Source: Candidatus Omnitrophota bacterium
Lineage (GTDB): Bacteria; Omnitrophota; Omnitrophia; Omnitrophales; Aquincolibacteriaceae
Length of the DNA: 51,005 nt
Reading direction: 5' to 3'
Assembly: GCA_043803685.1 (NCBI GenBank)
Contig: JAZDJU010000114.1
Location: 1-51,005, forward strand
The notes beneath the pieces are model-generated. The model did no database searches and was not told where the DNA came from. It worked only from the letters and a program-made list of their open reading frames with translations. Position numbers and translations under genes: made by a program. Every line of letters starts with the position of its first letter. The first letter of the stretch is position 1. Positions 30,272 through 42,300 of the stretch are shown in pieces.

Positions 30272-30345
30272 AGGGAGGGCATTATAGCGTGCGCGTTCGT
30301 CCCGGGAAACCGGAATCGGGAGCAAGTTTTCTGATCCTCGTGCCA

Positions 30346-30383
30346 CGGTCCACGTCTTCCGTGGCCCTTGGCCCGTGGTTCGT
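30346..30383. repeat. Inverted heptamer-array hairpin (CCACG type) immediately after the giant gene stop
   Basis: CCTCGTG CCACGGT CCACGTC tt CCGTGGC CCTTGGC CCGTGGT. Confidence 0.75.
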
Positions 30384-30384
30384 T

Positions 30385-33300
30385 TTATGCAGACCGGCTC
30401 GTGGCGAGATATTCGCTCTGCATCCTGCTGACGAGCGTCGCAACCCCGGCAAGTTCAAGGAACGCTTTGAAGCGCTGGGAGGTCATAAGGACCGCGTCGT
30501 CCTTATACTGCTGTTTGAGCAAAAGCGCCAAAGGATCGAGAACGTTCACCATGACTTTAAGATGCAGCGAAGGAATCGGTCCGGCGCTGCGCTGTCTTGC
30601 GCCTTTTTCAACTTCCGATTTCAAGAGTTCTTGGGCCCGGTTCAGGTCCTTCACAACCTGGATCAAAGGTAATTGAGCCTGAGCAAGTCGCGCATTGATC
30701 TGTTGAAGCGATTTAAGCTCTTGGGCGGTGGCCTCTCCCTTCGGATCATAGATCACAACAGGAGCATCACCAAAAACCATCTTTTTGACAAAAAGCGCTC
30801 CGTCCTTAAAAGCCAATCCGGGCCGGATGATAAAAGCATCGCCCGCCGAAATCGTCGCAGGGATACCAAGAGCGCGGCGCGCTGTCGCCAAGCGGGCTTT
30901 TTCGAGCAAGGTCTTGGGCTCCGCAAGAACGCTGTCCTCCAGACCTTGGGCATCCCGCGCAGCGGTTTCATCAAAGAGTGAAACCATGAGATCCACCGCG
31001 TGAACCGTGTGCGCCACAAGCGACCAGATCCCATCCGTCAACTCCGTGGTCACACGTTCAAATCCCTTGCGCGTCCCGCCGTCAAGAGCTTCATTGATCT
31101 TTAAAAATCGTTCCAATGTCTCAGCATTCAATGCCGTCCGGAGCTCACTTCTTGCAGTTCCAACACGATCTAATTCCATACCGGAAAAGGACAATACTTC
31201 TTTTTGCGTACCAAAATAAAGGGGCCGCATAGTTATGTCTAACATCCCACGATAGCGGGCCCTTCTCATCGTGGAGATCTCCCCTTCCTTTCTCTTTCTC
31301 GTTTGTTCGATCCCGTGGAACCACATACCCTCTTCGTCGTACAACCACAGCATCGCCAAGGTATCAAGTGTCGGACACAATTGCTCGGCAAACTCCTTAG
31401 GATGCTCGATCGCTAGAACCCTCTCGATCTCCTTTGAAAGATCGCCGTACATCCGACCCGCCGTCGCACCGAAAAGCGGCTCGGGATGTTTGTTATAAAT
31501 ATCCCTTCGCGAATCGACGATATCGTTTTTCAACTTAAAGAGAACCTGTTGCACTATATTGTAATCCACGCGCCCGTAGCGCTCTCCCTGGGGAAACGTA
31601 ACCGGCGGCTGATCCCCCAAGGCCGCTTTTGCGGCATGGATCAATTCCTCGTTCCCCGCGCCAAGGATCTTTCGGGTCACTTGCCGAAGGGCCTTTGAGA
31701 TCACGATGTCTTTCACGAAAAGATACTGCACTTCCGGGTGAAGACCTTCGGTGGGAAGTTTCTTGAGCGAAAGAGCTCTGGCCCGTATTAAAGTTTGTAA
31801 CCTTACCATCGCGGAAAAAACGTTCTTGATCCGAGTCTGAAGTCTCAGCGGCTCCAGTTTGGCAGTACCCTCCAACATCTTTTTTACGAGAGCTTGAGCC
31901 TTCAAGATCTTCTCGTAGCTCGTGTTATCAAGAAGACGCGCGGCTTCCGCCTTTCTCGTCAAAGCCTTCGCTCCCACAAGCCCCTCATCGAAATCGAAGC
32001 CGAATAACTCTGCGGCCATTTTTTTTAGAGACGCGATCCCTGATCCGCGAACCATTTCCGCCATTTCGTCGACCGCCTTTGCGTCCGCGCGGATCATCTG
32101 GTTCATCGCTTGGATCACTAGATCCCATTCGTCTAACGCCCTTTTTCTCTGGCCCACTTCCTGAACTGCCCAATGCGCTTCCATTTCCTTCCACGCAACC
32201 TGAATCCCGTTCATGATCTCTGAAAGCTGCCTCTTTTCCGCATCGGACCACGTTTTGGGAGCCTTTTTAGAGAATGATGCGGTGGAAAGCGTGTCTGCCG
32301 TGATCGCACTCGAAGAGATTGTAACGGGCTTAACGGACTTGAGCTGTGCGTATTCCGACTGGGTGACCAAAACGTCGGTGAGCTGTTCCGTAGGAAGCCC
32401 CATTTCTGTTGCCAAAGCCTCCGTGTCCTGAAGTTCAAATAGAACCGGTACGGGATCGCGCAAGATCACTGTTTTCTTCGAAACTTCCGTTCTAAAGCCA
32501 TCGAAACCTTTTGAACGAGCTTCTGCTTCTTGAGGATTTTTCCCAATGAAATTCTTAAAGTTTTCCGAGTATCGATCGCTCGTAAGCATCAAATTCCACG
32601 TTTCCCCATTCGCGACAACGGTCAGGCTGCTTCCATAGGGTTTGAACTGGACTCCTTGATTCGCTTCGATCTTCGCAAGGAGCCGGGCCAGGATCCGGGC
32701 TTCTACGTCCTGGCGAGACTCAACCGGCACAAAACCCATCGCCTGAAAAAGGTCATCTTCATCTGGAGAAGAAGAAACCCCGCGCAAAAACACAGGCTTT
32801 CTTTCCAGCTGAGCTCCACGAATGACCTCAGGAAGTTCCGAAAGAAGGGTTTCCAAATCTAGCTCCACAACACGAACTTGATCCGGGGATTGAACATCAA
32901 AAGGCAGCTTGCGCTGCGCCGCGATCTCCGTGCTTGACGCGCCCGTTCGGCTCTCGCTCCTGCCAACGGCCTTGGATCGCACGCTGCCAAAAATAAAAGC
33001 ATCCACCTCTTCTTCCTTGGGAAGGAAGAGGGGCTTCAGGATGCGCTGCATGATCGATCGAAACTGAACTTTCGTCTCTTCCGGAATGGAGATCCTTTTC
33101 TTACCCATAAACCACCATCCCGCATTATCGCTGGACCAGACCGTCACAAGAAGATTGGTGATGCGGCGAAGGCGTTCGACGAATGCTTCTCTCTGGTCGA
33201 TCGTCAGAGCTTCATCGATCTCTTGTAAAATATCACCGTACATCTGACCCACCGTTTCAGCCAGAGGCCGGGAATGTTGCTCATATAATTCCCTCCGCTC

Positions 33301-36300
33301 TTCGATTATTGCCTTCAATTCAGAAAGAGCTTTTCGGACCAAGCCAAGTTCAACCTCCCCGGATTCGTCCGCGGGTTGCGCAACTTTAAATCGCGGCCGC
33401 CTTTCAAGTAATTCGCCCAAAAAGCTCATCAACGCTTTATCCTTTGAGGCGTTGATGCTACTGGCCATTTCCTGGAGTGCGCGCAAGGTCGCGATGTCCT
33501 TAGCGAAGAAGCTTAATATTTCAGAGTGAGACTCCGCATTCGGGAGCCCCCTGAATGAAACGGTTCTATCCCGCATCAAAGCCTGCAGCCGAACGGACGC
33601 TTCGAGAACTTGCTTGATCTTGTTCCGAAGCGCTTGAGGCGTCTCCTCGAACGATGAATTCAACATCCCCGCGATCGAAGCTTCCAGCTCTGAAATGCGA
33701 CTATAGGGCGTCCCATCGAAGTAGCCCGTCCATTCGCCTTCCTTGGCACGATCGCCCACTTCTTGAATGGATTGACGCAATTTGTCCGCCTTCTGCATGT
33801 TGCGCCTTTTGAACTCGTGGTCCCACCCCGCAATATCATCTTTTTCCTGCTCCGCTCGACGGACCGCCCAATGGGACTGTCTTTGGCTCCAGGCCATCTT
33901 GATCTCTTCGAGGGCCAATTTAAGCAGGAACTTTTCCTTCCACGCTCCACTTTTCGGGGGTGCTTTGGCAGGTTCTTTTGTCCCCGGGCTTTCTTGGGCA
34001 GTTTCTGGAATGATTTCTTGAGCAGTGCCGGGAAGCAACTTTCGAACGAGGCTCGCGCTTCCGAGACGGTTATATTCCGTTTGAGTGATCACGATGCTTC
34101 GGACCAGCTCGGGATCAAGCCCTGTCTCTTTCGCCAAAGCAGCAATATCGCTAAGTTCATAGATGACTGGGGCAGGATCCTTCAAAGTGACTCTTTTAAA
34201 TATAAAAACTGCTTGGGTAAAGCTGGCGATCCCTCGTTTCCGCGCATCTTCGCCCTTAAGTCTATTATTAATAAACTCACCAAAGATCGGGGTCTCCACT
34301 CCGGGGGCAATGCGTAAACGCCATTCTTTTTCGCCCGCAAAAACGGTCAGATTTTCCCCTTGTTCCTCGAACCGCGCGTTATCGTCTTTTGCGATTTCTT
34401 GGATGATCTCAGTCAAAGCATGTTTCTCGGCGTCCTTGTGAGACTGAAACGACGCAAAACCCAGCAGAGCTAAAAGATCGCTTTCGGCGGGAGAAGTAGA
34501 AAATCCCCGAAGCAAAATAGGCATCTTGTGTTTTTTTGCAAAAAGAATAATGTCGGCCAGTTTTTCCAACGTCCCATCCATGTCACTCCCGTCGAGCCAT
34601 TTCCTTGATTCCAGAACCATGACATCTTTTTTATGCTCGACATTAAAGGGCTGCTTAGTTCGAACCGCTTGTTCCTCCGTCTGCTCTTCACGAACCTCCG
34701 ACCTCTGAGCTTTGGAACTGTCCTCCTTAGCCCTTGCTTCGGAACGGTTTTCGGACGTTTTCTTCTCAAGATACAACATCTGAATGCGATCGCCATCAGC
34801 GACAAAAGGAGTGCGGATGACCCACCCCTGGAGCAGATCGTTCCGTTCGCTGTAGTACTCTTTCGTGAGAAGATCCAGGACCTGATAATAAGCCCCTTCA
34901 TCGATCAACTTGGTAAGAGATTCAGATGAAATTCGAGTAGAGATCTTTCCATCGGACGCGGCATCCAGATCATTGGCTGCAAATTGGATTATAATAAAGA
35001 AGGCATTTCCTTTAGCGTCTTTCCGGGCAAGAACAAGCGCGCCTTGGTGGGAAGAATTGAGCACATAGTAATTGTGATGTTTCCCAATGGCTGACCCTTC
35101 CCCAAAGGCCGTTTGCATCTCCGTAATGGTGCGACTGATCTTCTCATTAAAAGCTGGGTCCCACGTAGCGAGCTTCGCTGTTTTCAAAAGATCCGGCCTG
35201 AAAAAGCCTATCAGCCCCATCAACGCCTTTAGATTTTCTCCGAAAATTTTGACAGCATCTTCTCGCCCCAGGTCGGAGAGAACCTGTAGTTGTCCGAAGA
35301 AATGATCGGAGGGATCCATTCCTTCAGGCGGCTTATACCCGGCCCTTGTCTCACGGATAAGTTGTTTGAGGGAATTCATCGCTGAAGGGTCTTGTTTGGC
35401 AATCCCAAGTAAATTTTGGGTCAGCCCCATCTCATTAATAAGCTCCATAGCGGGAGTCCTGTCCAAAGGCTCTTGCTGTTCAACCCTTTTCTTGACCTCA
35501 GGCAGCAGGTGATGCCATTGCATCACCACCCACTTGATCACTTCGATGCCACTGGGCATCGGAATGCCGATCCCTACCTCTGAAGTTAATTCTTCTTTAG
35601 GACGAACTCTAAAGCTAAGGTTAAGCTTAGGCTCCCGGAGTTGAATGAACTTCACGTTAGGCTTATTTCCGGTCAATTGACGAAGGGTTTTGTCGTCTAT
35701 AGGCACCTGGGTGCGCGCCTTGAATCCATCGAAATACTCGTCTTTTTCGCGGTGCACAGGGGCTCCCACATTGAGATTGATCATCATCGCTTTTTTACCC
35801 GCGGAGGTAAAAATGAAGGATCGGATCTTGTTTTCCCGGGTCCGCAAGGCGCGGGCATTCGGATGCCCCTCGAGATAACGCGCAATATACTCCGCCCAAG
35901 GTTGATAATCTCCACTGACGCCCTGGGTAATCTCTCTTCTTAGAAGCTCTGCCGCTTCCGGACCTGCCTGCATGTAGCGCTCAAACCAGTCGCCGGCCAT
36001 ACGGACCAACAGCTTCTCCGTAAGATCCATAGCCTGTAAGTTAAGGGCGACCATTTCCCGATCATCCGCACCCTTGGCCTGCGCCTCCAGCGTTTCTATT
36101 TTGTCTTTAAAGGGCTGCAACCCCGAAGATAGGCGGTCAAGAACGTTTTCCCGGAGGTATTTAAAGATCTTCTTGTTGTAGGCATGGTATTTCAAGCTGT
36201 CCAACGCTTCCATTCCGCGCGTAGAAGGATGCGGGGCCAATAACGCCTCCGCTTCCCATTTTTCACCCTTCCGGATATGTTCACGGAGCTTCTCAAGTTG

Positions 36301-39300
36301 TTCCGACGTCAACTCCCTCGGCCTTTGCCACGTTTTAAGACTACGGAATGACCGGAACATCCCGAAAAGTCCCAAACCCTTGATGGTGTGTTTTTTGAAC
36401 GGATGCTGAGTCTTCCAACCAAAGTCGTCAGCCGCCATCGGCATCGCATAATCCGTGTTTTCAAACGTAAGTTGTTGGAACATCGCTTCGCGCTCTTCAT
36501 GCTCTTTGAGCATATCCTCGAGTAAAGAGGCGTGGGCCATCACCTGACTGAGCGAGTCAACTTTCCACGAACTCGAAACAGCCTGGTAACTGCGTTGCCG
36601 GCGTATGGCAGGATTGGATCGCAAAGTTTTGATCGTTTGTAAAGCCTCAAGAAGACTGCTAGCCGACGGACGTCTCCCACCACCTTCCTGGGTGCTTTTT
36701 TCACCATCGCTATAGGCCACAAAAACGCCGTCGAGAAGCTCCCATTCTCCTGTGCGTAATTTCTCGCGCAAAATATCCTGGGTAATAACAGCGGTATTCG
36801 GTTCTCCTTTTTCATTTAAAACTTCGACGATTTCTCCTGTCTTTTTGTCTCTACGGATCGTCCAGATCTCCGGATTACTGCCAGCAAAGGGGCCCGCCAC
36901 TTCACCGCCATTACATTTAACCTTCATCATGCTGGTCGCCGAAGCTTCCAGATCTTCATCGGACAGCATCACCCCCGCCTGGGACCCCCGGAAGATGATC
37001 TGGGCTTCGTAATAGGTATGATCCTCCAACGTCGCGATCCGGTCTTCCAGTCCGAGAAGTTCCGTCATAAAGCGGATATAACGCAACCGGTCATGCGCTT
37101 CACTGACATCAAAGGTCCGACCACCGACTAACAACCGGCTTAGCGTATTCCGCAATTCTTCAACGACCGGCTGGTCCTTAAGACGGTCACGAAGCCCCTC
37201 AAACTCTCTTTGATAACGCTCCTGGTTTGCATCCTTTCCGTCCTTAAAAGCTTTCCAAAATGAAAAAAGCGGTTCGTAAGGTCTTGAAAACTTTCCCGAA
37301 AATTCGATTTTAAGCCCGGCTTGAGCGATGGCTTCGTCAGCCTGCTTTGCCAAGGACTCCGCCGCCATACTACCTTCTGACATGACCGACGCCCGGACTC
37401 CTTCCACGGCTTGGCCCACGGCCTTGGCAACAATGCCTTTCAATATTTCTTCGTATTTATCCGGCCCCTTGTAAGGTACAAATCGTCTTACGTTGGCTGC
37501 GATCGGATCGGCAAGAAGTAATTCATAAGCCTCTCCAAATCGGGATTGAAGCTCCGCCCAATCCTCCGGGTGATTTCTCCCTACAGCTTTTGCGAGAAGT
37601 TCCTGCATCTCTCTTAAATGCTCAACAAGCGGCTCCGGATCCAAAGAGTGTTTTTCCTGATAGGCCTTGAAACTATTCCCGAGCCAGTCGTATTCGCCTG
37701 TAAAGCTCCGTTTTTCACGAAGCCATATCAAAAGCTCAGCGACATCGCCCGCGACAACCCATTGATCCTGGTCTTTGAACCGCTCACGCAGATCCCGATT
37801 TTGTTCTTTGTCGAGCTCCTCGAAGAATTGGCGGTCATCGGCCTCCACGGGCAATTTATGGGCAGGCCTTGGGATCTCGAGTTCCTCTTTAAGGCGTTCA
37901 ATAAGAACTCTTCTTGAAGGAGACTGCCACCGCGGAAGAAAAACACCGTTCGTGCTGCGGATCTGCTTTTCCCGGTCATAATAACCTTTCACGCGATGCC
38001 ACGCAGTTCGAAAGATATTATTCAAAAGCGCGGGTTTATGCTCCACGAGATTCACGCCGGAGATCAGATCGAATTGTTCGGCGGTATAATCAGCAATGCT
38101 GATATTCCCGTCATGGGCAATGGTGGAACGCAACCGCTCCGAAAACCCCAGCTGATCATAGTATCCTTCCCTCGCCTCAAAGAGACCCGGACGGAAAACC
38201 GTATGGTTGAACGTAACCCGCTTTGCTCTTTTGAGATGCCTCGCTGGGAGACTCGCGAACACCTCGTGGTCGATCACGGTAACATTAGGATTCAGATCAT
38301 TTTCAAGTTTCTGGATCAAGAGCTCGCTTGCTTCGGCAAAAAAAGCCATGTCTTCCTCGCGTTTACCGTGGTCATCGTAAACCTCTTGGAAGAAAGGCTC
38401 TTCCTTTCCGTCCGGGCTTTGGGTGTACGCATCAAGGTAATATTGCGGGGACTTGTGAACGGGGGTATAAGTTTTATAAACCCGGAAAAATACTGTCTTG
38501 GGGGTGCCTTTGACGAATTGCGTTGTTTCAAATTCGATATCTGTTTCCTCCAGGAATTGTTTGATAATGTCCGCAAGGAATTTCCGGCGTCCTTCCTGGT
38601 CATACCCCTTCCCCGGCGCGTTCTTGATAAAATTCCAAAGCGGGTGAACCCCGGTCACATTCATCCCGATGGCTGCCCACCCTTCAAAAAGGTCCGGCAT
38701 CAGCGCCCCGAGCCCTCCGGTGAGCGTCGCCTGAGAGATCTCACCGGCCTCAAAGGAGCTATAAAGCGCCGCGATCTTCTCAAGAAGGTCCATCGGAAGG
38801 CCGCATTCCCATTGGCGGCTGTAGAAATGCTCCTTCGCCACGCGTGGCGTTGTCGCCTCCGCCCAAGTCAGTTCGTTCACATCTGGGGTTGCCGTTCGTA
38901 GCTCAGAGCGAGCTCCATGATCCCGTCCGGCCTTCGCGTAATAGTCTAAGGCTGTGGCAGAAACCCCGACGATCCCACTCATATCCAAAACCGCTGAGGC
39001 GATCCCCTGTAACGGCGTCTCCCCTTGCCGCACTTCGGAGCGAAGGGATTCGTGAAGCGTCTTGAAAGCATAGGCCGCCAGGGCAACGCTCCATGTTTGG
39101 GCTGCGGGGCCGCCTTGCTGGTGATCGCCATTCGTTCCGGGATTCGAGTCGATCAATTCCGGGAGACTGTGCGCAGAATTTCTTTTTTGAACCGACGCTA
39201 GTTCCATCCGAAGACGAACAAGCGCCTCTTCCGGACTGATGATGCCATGTTCCGCCATAGCGACCATGTGAACAGGTAACGGCCACACCCAACCTTGGCC

Positions 39301-42300
39301 ACTATGGTACCCGGCATTCCCGTCCCCTGTGGCCAGCCAAGCAGCTCCACGATCCGGATAATAAACCTTTTCGTTGGGCCCGCGACTTCTCAGAGCCCCC
39401 GGGATATGAAGTTCTTTTTCCGCGAGTTCTAGTGTTTTTTTAGCCTTTTGAGAATCTAGCGCCCCGGCCCATGCCGCGATCACGGGATTGGAGGTGATCA
39501 CCTGATCATCCATCCCGTTTCGGATCGACTGCTCGGGCGTCATAAAGCCGCGCCCGCCAAAATCCGTCCCAAGAATGTCAGAAGGATATTGCCGGTTTGA
39601 ATTCCAGAAATATTTTCCGATATTCTCTTTCACCTTGACGGCCATCGCGCTTAATTCCGGGATCCTGGGATCGTTCGGGTTCAAAAGCTTTACGACCTCG
39701 GCCCATTGCTTCAGGGACCTTGCCCAGAGGGCCTGGATCTCGACCGGATAACCTTCCCGCCACGTAAATTCCGTGTCCATCCACGTGAATTTATGATGCG
39801 GACAAAAAATAAAACCCGTCTCGGCGTCCATTTGGATGCTTTTCTCGGGCATGCCCCTGTCGCTTAAGTAGCCCGAGATCTTGATCGCGGGATCGGGTGT
39901 GTTCTTGCTGTTCGCATAAGAGGAACCCGCCAAACGCAGACGATCTACTGTCTCCCAAAGCACATCACTGAGCGTTTGTCCGTCGCGCATAGGTTCATTC
40001 AGAAAATCTTTATCGCCGGTCGCCAACACATAACCCATCACCGCCTCAAGGAACCAGAGCGGGGCATCGACGGTATTGAAATTAACTCCGTTCACATAAT
40101 CGCCGGCCCAACCGATCACGTTGTACATAATGTGACCGTCTTGCCTGAACCCGTCGATCCTCTTCCGGCCTCGATCATCAATGTTGACCCAGCGTCTGAC
40201 AATGCCCTTCAGAACATCTGCCGCAGGGACCCAGCGCTTCTCGTGGATCTTTTCATCCCAGACCCAGAAAGATTCTCCCTCCCGTGCCATGGCGGCGATC
40301 CCGACCAGTGCCATCATGGTGTCGCGGCCCCATTCCTGGCCTTCAAAATTCATGCCGGCCCCCGAGGCAAAAATAGCCGCGCGCAACAACCGTCCGGCAT
40401 CATCAAACTGCGCGGAAATAAATTGCCCAAGACCTTTCGCGGCCCCGTCCTTGTGCCCCTGGACCAGAGCTACATAGAAGGGATCCTTCAAAGTGCCGAT
40501 GTCCTTGGCTTCGGGGATCACCTCGACTTGATAAGAGCGGCCTTCGAACCGGACATAATCGCCGGTGCTATTGTCATCCCACCAAAAAACAAGGTCGTAT
40601 TCCCCGGATTCCAGGCCATGGACAACGACTTGATAGCCCCCGGCAACTTTCATAGGAAGAAATGTTCGTTGCTCTCGAGTGCTTTTCTTATACGTAATAA
40701 CCTTGAAAGGCAGGGCATTTTCCACGACAAGGTTCTGTCCGGGAAGAAGCATGTGGTCCGGTCTTTCTTTGCGATCCCAATCCCATTTCACCGGAGGCAG
40801 CTCCTCGGACTGTATGGGGAAAGGCATAACAGAACCGACGATCTGAGCAGCGGCTCCGCTAGGACCTGAGATCGTTGCGTCGATCACCTTGTCCTGCCAT
40901 TTCTCGGAGGGGACGCTATCCAAACGGAACACAGCCACTTGGCCGGGTTCCATGGCATAGGCAAACCGATCACTTTCCAGAGTCACGGGCTTCCCCGTAA
41001 CAAGTTCGGTAAACGCTAGGCGTGTCGCAGGCTCAATACCGAAAACCCCGAACGGCACGGGACATTGAATTTCTTGGGACTTCGTGCTGAAATTCGCCAT
41101 GACCAGCAAATGGTTGTCTTGATAAGTTTTGGCGAAAGTCGCGGCATGCTCAGGATCGTTATTGGGTAAAAGGGTCATTTTGGAACGCCCAATCGCCGGA
41201 TTCTCTTCCCGGATCTCGGCAGCGATCTTGATCCATTTCGAAAAATCGAGTTTCCCGGCGGTGGCGGTATTCCATGTGGCGCCGATGGCTACGCCTTTTT
41301 CGTCGAGAGCTTCCGTTTTGATCGGTGATAAGGTCCCCCGCGCATCAAGACTCAATAGGAAAGGCTCCACTTGCGGTCCTAAGTGAAGGATCACAAAAAA
41401 AGCGGGGCCAAACAACTTCAGGATGGGTTCAAAGATGGCTTGTTGGACAGAATCTTCCATCGAGCGACCCAAAACTTCCGCGGCGCTTCTGACCGCTCCC
41501 TGCAGGTCATCGGACTTGGCCGCGAGGGAGAAGAAGAGCGGCGCGTAGGTGCGTGGGCTTCTTGCGGAATCATGGGTCGATACAACGCTTACCGAGTGCC
41601 CCCTGGAAATAGCCGCGAGGCCGGTTTTGGGATCGCCCAGAAAAGCCCCGAGCGTGATCCCTTCACGCCCCCACAGGTCCAGAATGAAATCGTACTGCAA
41701 AAATCCGAGCCTCGTAAGATGGGTCTGGGAGAATTCATCGCCTCCTAATTGCTCCGCCACGACCAAAAGGTCTTTGTCTGAAAAATAATGGGCGATCGCG
41801 TCCCAAAAACGCGTATCTTCACTGATCCTTTCTGCGGGGCTATGGGCCGTAGGATTGATCCCGGCCATATGGATCGCGTCAATGCGTGAGCCGGCAAACT
41901 TTATTTTCGGATCTTCCTGGAACACTTCATAAAACCGCTCTGCCCAGAATTTGAAGGGGACAAGCCGCGGGTCTTCTCCGCCCTGGTTGACGACATCGGT
42001 GATCGCAGCCTCATTCCATGCCGCGAGACCGCCCAGCACCTGCCCGTTCGAAAATTTAGGCGCACTGACCTTGCCATTTTCCTGAAGATAAAACCTCCGC
42101 GTCTCCTCGGTATAACTGGCCGCGCCGTCGTCGGATTCCCAGTAAGGCACATTGTAAAGAACGCGAGCTCCGATCTCGTGGGCGGACTTCAAGAGATGAT
42201 AGATCTTTTCGAAGCTAATGAATTGTTCGTATAAAACAAAATCTCGAAGGTTGCGTTTACCCTCAATGCTTCCAAAATCCTCCTTGCGATAAGTAACCCC

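Noticed and set aside
37996..40869. ~300-aa plus-strand ORFs inside the giant gene (37996-38901, 39976-40869)
   Set aside because: Antisense shadows of enzyme-coding regions with no domain signal
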